64,000 bases of DNA from Azolla caroliniana (lineage: Eukaryota > Plantae > Polypodiophyta), in the NCBI GenBank assembly GCA_043228905.1, contig JBHGNT010000011.1:6076001-6140000 (forward strand), given 5' to 3'. The first letter of the stretch is position 1, and the number at the start of each line of letters is the position of its first letter. Under the pieces are notes generated by a model, which saw nothing but the letters and a program-made list of their open reading frames with translations, ran no database searches and was not told the DNA's origin. Position numbers and translations under genes: made by a program. Shown piece after piece: positions 34,630 to 48,650 of this stretch.

Positions 34630-35380
34630 CCTCATTCATCCTCCAAAATGTCCAGAATGCTCTGGTCTCGGGGTTCCAACGGTTCATCGGGTAGTTGCTC
34701 CATTCTCTTCAACGGCAAGCATCGATTGCAATTTGAAGAACGAAGGCAAACCGCCATCCGTAATGATCCAAACTTCTACGCCAATCCTTCGAGACAGACC
34801 TGCACCATTTCTTCCTCCTCGACGGTCATGTTGATGGAGGTGAGGGAATTGCAGATGTCTTTGATCTAGGAGGTGTAATCAGACACCGACATGTCTCTTT
34901 GTCAAACAATGCTTAGTTCCTATCTTAGCTGAAGCTTTCTCGCTGTGGTGCTTGCCACGAAAATTTTCTTCAGATTTCCCCAAGCCTCCTTTGGTGTCTT
35001 GGCATCCCGGTTGTAGCTCAATAGCTTATCACTTACACTAGATGCAAAGCACTAGAAAACTTTGCTTGCCAACTAATCCCAAGACGGAAAATCCTTATGT
35101 GTTGAATCTGGTGTTGCTGCTCCTTCGACATAACTCCAATATCCATGTCGTAACATATATTGGTGCATCTTGTATGGCCAAGATGCGTAGTTGCTCCTAT
35201 CAAGCTTCTCCGTCGGAAGCGAGCTTCCCATGCCTTTGTCCATTTCTCGTTTTCGTATGTTCTCATCTGAACGCTAAGATTTGTCTGTGTTGGAAGTTCT
35301 TGTCGGCAGCAGAGGATGTTCAACCCTCGCACTCTGATACCATGTAAAAATCAAAGTGTGGAAGCTAAACACAAATCACA
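34630..35380 (-). mobile_element. Copia 5' fragment (LTR stub, Met PBS 35331-35342, decayed gag)
   Basis: TGGTATCAGAG on minus directly after CA; gag-like TPKEAWGNLKKIF frame. Confidence 0.7.
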
Positions 35381-35934
35381 ACAGGCTCAGCCGGATCGCA
35401 ACAAGAATCCGGATAATCGGAAATCCACGTCTGGCTACATATTCAACTAGGGCGGAGGAGCCATATCCTAGAGGTTGAAGCTTCAAGACTACACGGCCCT
35501 CTTGACAATGGCGCAAGAGAGCATGTGGGACTACAACAAGTGACCAAGCAGCAAAGAGCCTAATGAATAGATGCAGCAGGTGTCCAAACCAAGAGTAAAA
35601 GATAGAGTGATGGAAGAAGGATATAAGAGAACACGAGAAGAAAGGAAGGAAATGCTAAAAGAAGAATGGGTGTATTAAGATAGAGAAAGAAAGAAAATGG
35701 ATACAAGATATGTTATGAGAGCTAAATACTAGTGTTGATTCAAATTGATTTGATATTACATATATGCCCTTATTTATAGGTTCATATAGAATAGCTTAGA
35801 GATTTCTATAATGTTCTAGAATGTTCTAGACCTAGAATGTTTTGGGATATTCTAGAACATTCTAGAATGATCTAGAGTTTTTACAATAATCAATGTAATA
35901 CAAAAAAGTAGCTTTTATCCTCTCATATGACAAT

Positions 35935-36004
35935 AAGCTATCTTAATTGTTGACGTTTTCAATTATGGATTACAAGGTTCGAGGTTCAAGTCCGGGTGAC
36001 GCCA
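35935..36004 (+). other. tRNA-like cassette in Tcn1-like LTR U3 (second copy 39439-39508)
   Basis: TATCTTAATGGTTGAG...TTATGGA...AAGGTT CGAGGTTCAAGTCC...CCA, ~70 nt, antisense to the element. Confidence 0.6.
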
Positions 36005-39000
36005 CAATGGTCATGTGTTCATGACACTATTCCTCCTTTGAGAACGGCGAGTGGAAGTCAGCGTTAACATTGTAGTTCCGGGTTTGTTTGGATATTAGTG
36101 ATGGAAGTCATCGACAAGAGCTTGAGCATTACAAATGTTATCGACAGATTCCCAAGGGCGATCACTCAGAGGATAGCCAAGCCAATCAACTAGATAATAA
36201 AGTTTATTGTGCACAATCTTAGAATCGAGAATAGCAGCTACCTCGTATTCGGGGCTGCCAACCAGCTGGACAGAAGGCGGTGGTGGTATGACACGATTAG
36301 GAATTAAAGAGGTGGCTATTGAAGACTAGGTGAAGCCGCATATGTGCAAGAAGGTTAAGACGAAATGTTGCATCATTAATCCATGTTGTGATGACAAAAG
36401 GACCGAAGCGTTGATAATCAAGCTTAGCACACGGGCGGGTAGCCTTGATGTGACGACGACGCAACCATACTTGGTTACCAACCTTAAAAGGAGACTTAAG
36501 ACGATGTTGATTGGCATTGGTCTTATGGTGTGCTTGCGCTTTTTGAAGATGTGAAGATAACTCAAACTGGATTTGTTGTAGTCGGTGGAGGTCATGCATC
36601 ACACTAGGGTTTTGTGACACCTCCGGAAGATCCAAGATACACCATCGAGGGTGGTTGCCAATGTAGGCAAAGAAGGGTGTAACTTTGGTAGAAGAGTGTA
36701 CCGTGTTATTGTATGCAAACTCGGCAAGATGTAAAATATTACTCCAATCATCTTGTTGATAACTGATGAAGCATCGAAGATACTGCTCAAGCGTTTGATT
36801 GTCAAGAGGGCCGTGTATTCTTCACTATTGATGGTCTTTACACATGTTACAAAATGTGCCATCTTTGTGAACCGATCCACTCCTATTAAAACAATATCAA
36901 AGACTTTCGAAGGTGGCATATCCATAATGAAATCCACAAAAATAGACTGCCATGGTTTGCTAGGGAGGTGGTAATGGTTGTAGTAAGCCATAAGGATGAC
37001 GCCTGGGTATTTTGGCGCAACAATAGGTGTCACATGTGCGAACATAATCTTCAACAAATTTTTGCGAGTGAGGCCACCAAAACGAATGTTTCACCAGCTC
37101 AATGGTCTTGGCAATACCAAAATGTCCAGCCATGGGGCCATCATGACAATGTTCTAACACTTGAAGTTAGGGTGATCCGTCAGTGACGTAAAGGAAATTC
37201 TTGTAGAAGAGTAAGCCATCTTGCCACTTGAAGTCCTGATAATGTTGAGATGACCCTTGCAATGTGGAGCAAGATGGAAGACTTGAACCAATGTGGGCTA
37301 AGACATCCTTAGCAAAATCATCAGAGTGAAGTTGTTGCAGAATAGTGTCAAGAAGGCTAGAATCAAGTGGCTTGGCATAAATTGTTATTGCTTGTAGCTT
37401 TGATGGCCCGAGGAATATCTGTTTTCGATTGTCAAAGGCCAGATCTCCAGGTCTAAGAGCTAAATACAAACGTCGAGATAAAGCATCTGCTTTCCCTTGT
37501 TGTTTTCCGGAACAAAAAATGATCTTGAAATCGAAACGCGTTAGAAATCGGGCCCATCGAGCTTGTCGTCTATTTAATACTCGAACTGTTTGAAAATATG
37601 TCAGATTTTTGTTGTCTCTATAAATGATAATTTGATGAGGCGATCCTTCTAGAAAATGACGTCATTGCTCGAATGAGTCGACCACAGCTAGTAACTCCTT
37701 GTCATGCACCTCATAGTTTATCTCCGAAACAGTCAATTTTCTCGAGTCTGCCCGTGCTCGCCTGGTTGCAATAGGATACTCCCCAATGTGAAGTTTAACG
37801 CAGCTGCCTCAATAGTAAATGGATTTTCGGGATCAATATGCACTAGGATATGTGCTGATGTGAATGCCTCTTTCAACTAAGTAAAAGCCTTGTCTGCTTC
37901 GATACTCCAAAAAAATGCTTGATTTTTCTTGGTCAGTTGGGTGAGGGGCAACACAATGCTTGAATAATTACGTATGAATTTGCAATAGAAGTTCGCAAAT
38001 CCGAGGAAACACTAGACGTCCCGAACTGAACATGGGGGTTTCCATTCCAATATCGTTTGGACTTTTGCCGGATCCATGGAAATACCTTTGGATGAAATAG
38101 TGTAACCCAAAAAATCGACTTGTTTGCAATCAAAACTGCATTTCACAAGTTTGGCATAAAGATCATACTTTCTTAGGCGTTCAAGTACTTTCCCCCATGT
38201 ATATCATGCTCCTCCTACGTTTTAAAGTAAACCAACAGATCATCTAGGTAGATGATGATAAAGATATCCAACTATTTGCCTTGGGGATGATCGTGCCGTT
38301 ACTGATGCATAAGTTGGTGTGAATCTTGATCTTGTTATTTGTTGTTGTTGCTCACATCGACGCTCAAAAAGGCAATTCTCACACCGTATTGCTCGACTAA
38401 TACCTTCTATAAGTGACCTTGGATTCTCGGGGAAGGTAAGAAGTAAGTCTTTGACATCACTACGAAGGCCTGAACGGAATGTCTCCATTAGGGCTTGTTC
38501 ATCCCAAGGAATATCGCTTGCGATAAGACGGAAATTGGCTGCATATGTCGAAGCTGGCTAATCACCTTGACGTAGTGTACGAATCTTGTTGATAGTTGTT
38601 CTCACCCCATCAGTATCTCCAAAACAAGCCTTAAATTCTTTGATAAATTCCTCGAAATTATTCAGTAGAGGAGAATTTGTCTCTAGCAATGGGGCAAACC
38701 ACAACAACGTTATGCCAGTCAATAAGGTGCCCACTAACCCAACTCGCGATGCATCTGTTGGATAATGCGTGGGATGCATTTGAATCACCAACCGTACTTG
38801 ATTCAAGAAACCTCGGAAATGCACCCTCGAACCATCAAATTCAGTTGGGAGGCTGATTTTGGGCTCCTGGATAAGTCCTTGACCTTCGACCCTTTGTTTT
38901 TGTAATACTACGATTATCGACTCTAACTATTGTTGTTGCCTCTCTATAGTAACCTTTTGTAGATCCCCAAGTAGACGTTGATTCTCTACTTCAAGAGATG

Positions 39001-39087
39001 CGAACTTGGATTTAAGATTCTCCATTTCTGCAACAAGGGTGAGATATTCATGATGGTTACAAAGGAGGATGAGAGAGAGAGAGAGAG

Positions 39088-39099
39088 AATTCGAATCAA
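39088..39099 (-). promoter_or_regulatory. Self-priming PBS
   Basis: TTGATTCGAATT just after the 5' LTR is complementary to AATT(C/T)GAATCAA about 30 nt downstream of the LTR TATA (35735-35746; 39255-39266). Confidence 0.75.
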
Positions 39100-40099
39100 A
39101 CTGTCAGAACCAAGAATAAAAGATAGAGTGATGGAAGAAGGATATAAGAGAACACGAGAAGAAAGGAACGAAATCTAAAAGAAGAATGGGTGTATTAAGA
39201 TAAAGAAAGAAAGAGAATGGATACAAGATATGTAATGAGAGCTAAAGACTGGTGTTGATATGAATTGATTTGAGAATACATGTATGCCCTTATTTATAGG
39301 TTCTTATAGAATAGCTTAGATATCTCTATAACGTTCTAGAATGTTCTGGGACATTCTAGAACATTCTGGAATGATCTAGAGTTTTTTGCAATAATCAATG
39401 TAATACAAAAAGTAGCTTTCATCCTCTCATATGAAAGTAAGCTATCTTAATGGTTGAGGTTTTCAATTATGGATTACAAGGTTCGAGGTTCAAGTCCAGG
39501 TGACACCACAATGGTCATGTGTTCATGACAACAGGCAAGTCGAAGACCAGCTCGGTCGGACGAGCAGAGAAGGCAAAGTTGATGAAGCCGGAAAGCGGAG
39601 AGGCTAAGAACGCAATTGTGTGTTAACAAGTCGACTGGAAAAGAGATGATCGAGGGACAAGTGGACCCCAAGACCAATCAAGGATTCAGCCATAAGTTTA
39701 TCCACTTGTAATTATATAACTGAAATTTTAGATTCAAATTGTAATAACCCCAACAGATTGTATACCCATATAGGGGGGAGTTTGTTGGGATAAAAGGCTG
39801 ACTCTACCCATTTGTATCTCTAGTGTAAACACACAAACTAGTTAGGGATTAATTATATGAAACCCAACTAACTCATTGTAAGAAAGAATCTAGAGAGTTT
39901 TGGAGGGAATAAGCAAGACCGCCTTTGGGCTTAACTGTCTGTGCTTCTTGCTTCGTGAATTTGTTATAGGGCAACTCTACTTCCTTAGTTTAACAACATG
40001 GTCACTGACACTAGATATGTGGAGAACAATCCTTAACAATATCCCTCAAACAACTTCCATTTTCCTTCGGCAATCATAAAATGGAAATTCATCATCATT

Positions 40100-40930
40100 T
40101 AGCTACCTTGTGCTAAGTAGGCTCTTCTTGAGATGAGATACATGTCATACAATATCTTAACTTCTGAAGATAGAATCATACTCAAACTGCGATTGCACGT
40201 GCATAGCTCTCCCTATGATGGACGACACCATTTCAATCCCTTGTGCTGTCAGAAAACCACTCACATGAGGGTGACTTGAAAAGCACCTAAATCGAGAACC
40301 CAAGTGTGCATGTCACCATGGATATACAAGTAAAGCATGAAGAGAGGAAGGGTACTCCATTTCATTGTCAATCTCATGAGTGACTACATTCCCCACTTCA
40401 ATTTGAACACTGCTCTTCTTTCTCTTTTTTTCTCTTTCTTCTATTTTTAGTAATAACGCTAAAAGTGACCTTTCATGCGACAATAATTTACTATGAGCTT
40501 TGCTAACAAATTTGTGTCTCCTTTGTAACATTTCCCTAGTCTGCAAAGCACTTTAGAACTTACTAGATGCATTGTTCGACCAATTCTCTACATTAGATGA
40601 AAAAATTGCATTTTAAATCCACTTAAATTTTAATACCAATGGAGGATAGTTTTTTATGAAAAAAAATTCCATTTTTAATTTTCATGGTAGCCCTAAAGAT
40701 ACTGCAACTCTCTAGCAAAACGTAAAGTTGACATGTTGCCCTAAACTCATCATCAATGATGAATTTCAAGGCGTGTGGTTGGGTTAAAAAATAATTAAAC
40801 TCACTCAAGCGAGTTGACATGGATGCACCGCACCCTCTTTCATGCACATATCCATAAGTTTTTTCATCAATAAACATTGATAGCTTCACTATTCTAGGCA
40901 TAAAATTATTGCAGTCTTGACTAGATAGCA
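40100..40930 (-). pseudogene. Heavily decayed hAT-type transposase fragments
   Basis: PRIVKLSMFIDEKTYGYVHE, EMEYPSSLHAL and C.ENWS..LVSSK resemble plant hAT motifs. Confidence 0.45.
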
Positions 40931-41499
40931 TAGGAAGAGTTCAAACCTTCAATGTTAAATAGCAAGGCATCAGAAACTGATAGCTTAATGGTCGAGTGTG
41001 AATGTTCCTTTAAATCCTCCTAGTCATCCAAATATGTTGAGGCTTTATTCTTTTAACTTTGATCCACTTTTCTATTCTTTTTGTAATAGGATACTGTAGC
41101 ACAACTTTTGCCACATTGCATAACTATGCACACCCTCAAACTTCTTGATGAGCATGTGATGATTGTTACTGCTATCAATCATAATTTTTAGCCAAAAGAA
41201 AAATTACCAAAAAAATTAGACAGAGAGACAATTATTGAGGCAAAAACAAAGCGATGGTGGGTTAAAGTGTGGTAAGGGCGTGTTCACACCCATGCACGAA
41301 TGAAAGGCACAATGGCCCTTTATTCCCAACCAATTGAAGGTTCTTTGGCTCTATTGGCTAGCATTTTGGCCACTAGCTTTTAAATTACTACCATCATTAT
41401 GATGCAAATCTAGTCAACCAATCTCTAGCATAACAATCTTTAGGAAAGAGGTAAATTAAACCTTCCTTAGGAAGATTACATGCTTTACTCCAACTGTGA

Positions 41500-43650
41500 T
41501 TTTTTTTCCAAAGAAGAATATACTCCATTAGTTAAAATGACATACAATACACAACTTTAGACATTACCTACTTCCATATGAACTACATCACTTATTTATC
41601 TTACATTAAATAGCCACATGTTTGTTCTCCATGTTTCTCGTGTCATTCACGCCCCTCTATCATCTAATGGGAGGGGGGAACAACCATCTCGATACTACGT
41701 ACTACCATCATATATCCACTCCAATTTTTGCAGCCATCCGTGTAGTACACCATCGTTTTCTAAAATTCAGCCTCATTAATTCTGAAGCATCATCTGTTCC
41801 ATCAATCCATTCATATTGGGCCCTCAATGTAGTTAGTAATGTGTGCCATATTAGCTTAATAGATTCTACCGGAGGTCGTTTGTTTGCTGAAAATACCCTG
41901 GTACATCTTGCAGTCTAAATGTTCCATATGATAATGGGTGCTAGCAACATCCATAGATCTTCAATTTTCTGCTTCTGGGCATTACTTCTAAGTGCATTGT
42001 TACCAACAATCAATCGAATAGTTCCATTCTCCCCTTTGTACATAGTTGTCCATGTGCTATCAAATTTCTCTACATCATCATCAAGACAATTCCAACAAGC
42101 ATGTCCCCAATTGAGGGTAAATGAGCTAGAGGCATGGCAAAGCAATCATAATGCCCTTCTCCATACAACCGTAGCCTCATGACATTCCTAGAGACAATGG
42201 GAAATGATTTCTAGTTGTCCACATGCACTACATCTAGGGTCTACATTGGGGCCTTTAGCCCACGCCCCTACTGGCAAGGCTCTATGCACAATAAGCCATA
42301 AGCACATCATTATCTTGCGGTCACCACTATCATGCCATATCATTTTCTAGAATTTAGCTAATTTCCTTTCACAAATGCCCTCTTGTATCCAAAATTTACT
42401 AGTTACAATATCTTTGTGTTCTTGTTTTAGTATAATTTGCCTCCCGATTTTCGTGTTGTACCTGAAAAATTGCACCAACTTGGCACCATCACTTTGACCT
42501 TGAGTTCTCCAGAAATACATCGTGGGGTCCCATGATAGCTTATTTGAATGCCCTTCTATCGACCAACACATTGTCGTTGGTTTGAGCTCACTTGGCTCAG
42601 GGTCAACTATCATATCCTTTCCATTTTTTGCAAGCAACCTAATCGGCCTTTCAGTTTGATAGGTTGGTTGCTCACATATTACCATTCTATGCTCTATTTT
42701 GTAGTAGCATGCCTCATTAGATCTGGCTTTCATTCCCTTAATTCCAATTAGATAATTTTCAGCATCGATAAGTCCTGTCCATTCCATTTCAGAGGGACTT
42801 ATGGCTGCATCTTCCAAGATTTTCCCACTACGTGCAAAGGCATCTGTAATCCTCATTAGCATGCATTTACCCCTATTTATCCTCCATATTCTAGCCTTTT
42901 GAGTGTTCACATCATTACATAGAAATCTCTTCCAATCTGCCAATGTGTTCCCTTGGGCATTGATTAAATTGGCCCATTTGAAGCTTGCTTTTTGTCCTAT
43001 CATCAGCCCATCCACATCTCTAATTAGTGGGTTCCAAACAATAGGCATGTACATTCGAGCATATGCATCATTTCTCCACCTACAAACGATTCCCTTTCTT
43101 ATTCCTTGCCATGCCTTCATAATTCCAACAACACATATACTCTCTGTTTATATCCCCAGTATTTGGGTCACATTTTTGGTACAAACCCCCAAAGAGCGCT
43201 ACATGGCCAACTTCCGCCATGTCTTGGCAACCACATTTTCCATCTGCGTCGCTAGAGAATTTTCCAAGGTGCCTTAGGTGGTTGCATGCTCTTTACCACC
43301 AATTTTCCTAGCAAGGCCTTCGTTTGCACCACATGATCTATTAGTTCCACCCCACCTTCATTTTTATCTTTTATGAGTGTAGTCCATGCAACCTTTGCAC
43401 AAGCATTTTTTCCTCTGTGCCCCCCCATAAGAAATTTATGATCAGCCTTTTTATCAATTTCACAGTATGCCATATTGTGGCCATTAGAAACCAATGCTAC
43501 CATGATTCCATCACATCTTAGGCCATTTCATTTTCATAGATCTTTCAATGCTTCTAGTAGTTCCCCTTATGCAAAGGGTATTTCTAGATATTTTAGTTCC
43601 ACTTGGTCCATGAGGGGTATGCTATGAGGGAATAATTTATCAAACACCTA
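41500..43650 (-). mobile_element. L1-type LINE ORF2 3' fragment (pseudogene)
   Basis: AKVAWTTLIKDKNEGGVELID motif and zf-RVT-like ALPVGAW...CSACGQLEIISHCL.EC; short T-run near 41500. Confidence 0.8.
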
Positions 43651-44837
43651 AAACCTCTTGTATTCATATATGGTCATCCATAAAGATTATCACAAAATAA
43701 TCCACTTATTCCAGTGCAAGTTTATGAGAATTATGAGTCCATATTCATCTCTTGGTTTTTCGGGATTGAGGAGAAGTCTTGAGAGGAGCATCAATTGTTT
43801 CACACTTAGTTTTGATGGGCATGATCTACCATTTTTTGCCACTTCTACAAGTGATGAGGCATCAAAGTGTGTTTGACGTCACAAGGAGCATCGTCTCTAG
43901 AAATGTTAGTTATCTTGTATATGCCGTGACTACCATAGATTGGCTCAATTCTTTTCATTGTTAATGACAAATTTTATCATCAATAACAAATCAAAAGGTT
44001 GAGATGTATGATTAATCCATAGATTATAACAATAAGGTACATATTGAGTGGAGTTTATCATGTAATATCCCTAAAGCCTAGTGTAATCGGTAGAATTTGA
44101 TGCACAATGGGAGGTATAGCCTACCACAATTGACTCCATATGGCAGCCATAAGTAATGTTGCTTGCATAGGTGATCCTTCATATTTTTCCACATTTAGCA
44201 TATCACAAATGATTGAGCCATTATCTCCCATATCTTGAGGGTTGTTTAAATACTCATATAAAATAGTATTTGCAACACATGTATAATTGTTTATTTATTT
44301 CAAATTTCCATATATCAACCCTTGATTTAGAGGCACTTGACAAGTAGGTACTAGGAACCCCCATAACCAATCACCTACTATGGATGTCATTGGAAGCCTA
44401 AATGGGATTAAACTATTGATTCATAAACATTAACAATGTAGAAGAATTTATTTTGCTAACACAAAATATAGCATATTGTTCCAGAAATGTTGAATATTTG
44501 TTATCTTAACAAAAGCAAGATCCTCTTATGTTAACTTGAAATCAATGTGGATTTAATGAATTGTTTAACTCTTAGTAGGATGTATAATTTCAATCTCCAT
44601 GCATATTGACAAGGGCATGTGACATATTATACATAAAGATTCAAAGGCTCATGAATATGGTTTGTACTATTAGCAAATTGGAAACTAATTATGGATTAAT
44701 TAAACCCTTTCCAAGCTTGATGGCTTGATACTATCTTCAATTAATGAATACCAAAATTCACCACATCAATGTTTTCTGGTACCAAATCAATCAATCATAA
44801 ATTTCAAGTAAAGTTTGCACCTTCAAACAGTGTAAAT

Positions 44838-44859
44838 CACACACACACACACACACACA
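44838..44859. repeat. (CA)n microsatellite; others at ~54550-54574 and ~55773-55802
   Basis: Direct reading. Confidence 0.95.
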
Positions 44860-45949
44860 TAGAAGGTTATTGAATTATGACATCTTTTCTCATTATAGAG
44901 GCCCCTATACACATCATAACTTGAAGAGAAAACGAGAAGTAAAATACATTACTAACCAATGGGTGTAGAAATTACATAGTCATTTATTTATGCTCAATAG
45001 AATATTCATATTAACAAGATTTTATTGGAACTAATATGGCTTTAGGACAATCTATGGTACCCATATTCAAATATCTTTATGATATCTACATAAGAACATT
45101 TTATGTTTTTCCTTTTTTCAAAGACTAATGAACTTGCTAGCAAGCCCAAAGAGGTAGATTATGGTTTTGTAATGCATGTGTGAAGTTCTTCTATACAATA
45201 GATTTATGAGGTTTTATTATTGTATTCTTTGGTTTCATTCACCCATTAATGGACTGCATCAAAATTGTAACACTCTTAAGCATGTAAGAGGTGTTTGAGA
45301 TTATCTTCCCTTTTTCCTTTACAAGTTGTTTTTGTGTTTGATTAGAATAAACATTGATTGTTCCAAGTGAACTCAATACGAGAAATTTGGTTGGAATTGA
45401 TGTAGAAGATTTTGGCTAGTAGTTGGGATGAATATGAGGTGACAAAAACATATGTTAGAACAACAATTATGGCAACAATGGCTAGATCAACATACACACA
45501 CAGAATCTACCAAAGACAAGAACTTATATTAAATTATAAATGGAAGATTGGAATGATATGAACACTCCAATTAAAAGCTAATCGATACTTTATGGGGGGT
45601 CTTAATTATATATAAATCCAAGCATGCTTTTTCGTAGAAGAGAGTGAGCAAAATGTCATAATATCCTTTATATTGAGCGCCAGAAATATCTCTCCTTTCA
45701 AAATTCATATAATAAGATAGTGACAACATAGTTAAGACAATATGTGTTGGGCTTTAATGCACATATACCCCATTAATTCTTTGTTCCAATTTTGAGTTGA
45801 GCTTGTTACCTTAACAATAGGAAGTGCCTTCATGACCTTTACTTTAGACATATTTTTGTGAACTCTTATCGCACATTATACTCTCTCTCCTTGTTTTGAA
45901 GAGCATCTCTTAGTATGGCATCATCACATTGACCCAACAATAGTGGTGC

Positions 45950-46650
45950 CTTGTAAGGTAGTAAATCTTTTTAGATTTTAACCCTAGTGTACGGATTACT
46001 AAAAAATTCTATTAGTAACAAAGTAGGAGGCTACAAATGCAGCAAACTTAGTTTATAAGGTTGTGCGATAGAGAAAATAAAGAATAAACCCCATTCCATA
46101 ATGGCATCTATTAAATAAATGATGTTTAATGAGATTTCAATATGGGTGGTGTATGGGTTACTAAAAGCATGGCTTACCACTAGAATATAACCGTCATATT
46201 GAAGACATATATGATGTGATGTATTAACATCCATAAAGGTGGTGATATCACCTATACAATCCCTTGTGTCCATATGTTTGAAAATCTATCCAAATATGTT
46301 CAGATTGAGGATAAATGGGTTGCATAGAGCTACAATGCAAACTATACTTTATTTATAGATACACAATGTATGAGCCTACCTAAGTTGGTTGATGGAACCT
46401 ATATTACTAGAAGGTCAAAAGGGAGTTGACATAAAGCTATATCTCCATAAAGTTGAATCTTAATCTAAGGTGATATTTTTCCAAGGCAAATTTCCATATT
46501 GGCAACACATAGAAATTAACCATGTGAATTCTAAAATGCCGATGTTGGTTCTAGAACCATTGTTTCAAGCCATAGTTTGAGTTGATAAATCAATAAGAAA
46601 CAAGTGGTTGCAATGTCATCCAATAAGAGGAATCAACCTTGAAATATTTG
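45950..46650 (-). pseudogene. Possible very old LINE RT remnant
   Basis: Weak resemblance to RQGDPLSP and KLDF.KAYD motifs only. Confidence 0.25.
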
Positions 46651-47380
46651 ACCAATCAATTATGGACATGCATATAGTTACATTAACTAAAACAATATAA
46701 TATACTTCTTTAAGTTGGATAACAAAAATATTATAAAATGAGGAGAGGATATGCGAGGAAGATCCCTTTATGACTTGTTTTGTTTTTATTGTTCTCGAAA
46801 AAACAGTTTCTCATCAACTTTTATAGTTTTAATTAGTGGGCCTAGCATGATTATTCTTATTACATTAGATTTTCTTTGAGAGCAAGCTTTTTCAGTTGAA
46901 GGTTCCTCTTTCCTCCTTGACAAATCAGCTTTCACTTAAGAGAATGTTAACAAAAATTGTTGCAATTCTATCCTTATTGCATTCAAAGACAAAAAAAAGA
47001 AACCTCATATAGAAAGGAAAGGTTTTCATTGACATTGGTCCTATTGTTTTTTATTTCTCGGGGGGAGGGGCACACTCGTTTAAGAAATGAAGAGAGTTTG
47101 TTTCATTGACCACCATCGTTATACCATAATAATAATAATAATAAAAGGACTACATCATTCTATTACTCATTATGTGACATGTGTGCACATATTGGATGGT
47201 GTAGCTATGCTTTTTCATGATTGTGTGGTTTTTCTAAGAGGTTGGGAAAAGTAGATCACACTCTACTATAGACTTGTTAGTGTGTCAAAATGCAGTAGTT
47301 TTCGTGCAAGAAAATGCCCATTTTCTACACCTATGGTTCCTTGGTGAAAGGTTCCTAAAGTTTTTATGTATTGTAACCAT

Positions 47381-48432
47381 TGTCGTGAAGATTTTCGACA
47401 ATGGTGTGAAAATCACATAAGACGTACGAAATCAAGTGTCAATCATATAAAACAATAATAGTGAATATACTAATTCTAAGTAAGTTTAATATCTTAGTAC
47501 AAAAGACGAAGATCTTGAAAAGATGCACTTTACTACATAAGAAACGAACATCTAACTGTCAACTTATGTGAGTAAGAAGTTGGGAAAGAAAAAGAGAAAA
47601 TTGTGAGATATCCCACATAGATAGGACGAATAAGGCTCTCACCATATATAATGTAGAGCAAAAGTTATTATCTTTGTGTCTATGTGTGGAGCATAGAGAG
47701 TTGAAGGTAACTTGAACTAAGAGTGGAGGTGGCCTAGCCACTCATAAAGGTTTTGGCCAACCAAAACGAAACTGGACGGTAACCGGCGATCGGCATTCGA
47801 CGAGGTGGTGGTGGAGCCAATGATCCGATGGGCTGGCGAGGCGGTATCCGGCAACCAAATTAATAAATAAATATATATATATATATACACAAGGAGGGCA
47901 AGTGAGGATTTAAACCTTGCACCTCCCTCCTAGTTAAGAGTCAATAGGCTTACCACTAAGCCATGACATTTAGTTGAATTTATATTTCTATCATTGTACT
48001 TTTAAATGTAAATTTTCATACATGAGAGCTAAAATGAGTGACATGGTTATCATGCACCACATGTAATACATGAGCGCCAAATGGCACACATGGATTTTAT
48101 GCTTGTCTTGTACCCTCACATGCATCATATGCATGAGAGCATCTATAAAAGAAGGGATGAAAAAGAAAAAGGGTTCGGCTCTTTTGGTTATGAAATTAAG
48201 AAGAAGAAAATTCGTTATCGAATTGATTGTGTAACTTGTTTCTTAAATCTAAAGATAAAAGTTCAATCAATCTCTCTGAATCGAAAGTCAAGCGTTTAAT
48301 CTCAATTTCTCTCTTTCCCAATCTATCTTCAATACTTCCTCACTAAAGCTTATACCGACTTCGAATCCTTCCAGTCCAGAACCCCAGCGGTTTCGCCTCA
48401 CGATCCGTGCCTAGTGATGGATCTTCACGACA
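47381..48432 (+). repeat. Solo LTR (1052 bp), Phygy-like family
   Basis: 12-bp terminal inverted repeat TGTCGTGAAGAT/ATCTTCACGACA; 4-bp TSD CCAT/CCGT; same start as the LTR at 22345. Confidence 0.92.
47896..47967 (-). other. tRNA-like cassette in the solo LTR
   Basis: TGGCTTAGTGGTAAGCC (A box, paired D arm), CTCTTAA loop (Lys-CTT-like), GAGGTG, AGG-TTTAAAT-CCT T arm. Confidence 0.65.
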
Positions 48433-48650
48433 CCGTAAAAGATAAATTTGGGAAATAAACTTTTGTTCCATATTGCTTATTTACATCTCCCTCTTGCAAT
48501 CACATTATGTTCTCTATATACCTCTCATGACACCATTGGTGGACACATTTATGCATTAGTGTTTAAACATTTCTAATACAACACAGTGTTAATATTTGTT
48601 GTGATTTCTCACCTCATTTTGGAGGTTTCTCGTTTGAATTGTAACACAAT

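Larger units (their letters stand above)
35581..39530 (-). mobile_element. Decayed Tcn1-like chromovirus with PR/RT deletion
   Basis: LTRs 35581-36026 and 39102-39530; TSD GCAGG/ACAGG; gag FRGFLNQVRL, RH, INT GHFGIAKT/GVDRFTKMAHF, chromodomain EYEVAAILDS...YLVDWLGY at ~36100-36255; no tRNA PBS. Confidence 0.93.
35400..39998 (+). mobile_element. Copia 3' fragment (RNase H start, PPT, LTR ~39783-39998) hosting the Tcn1-like insertion
   Basis: PDNRKSTSGYIFN.GGGAIS at ~35410-35470; AGGGGGGAG PPT then TGTTGGGA at 39783. Confidence 0.6.

Noticed and set aside
40975-41030. tRNA/SINE head (TAGCTTAATGGTCGAG...TTTAAATCC)
   Set aside because: A-box-like start, but spacing is too short and no tail or TSD is visible.
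43900-47380. Host gene exons in AT-rich tracts (also 53650-56140)
   Set aside because: No credible ORF or splice-consistent exon chain seen; small exons in a long-intron gene cannot be excluded without RNA data.
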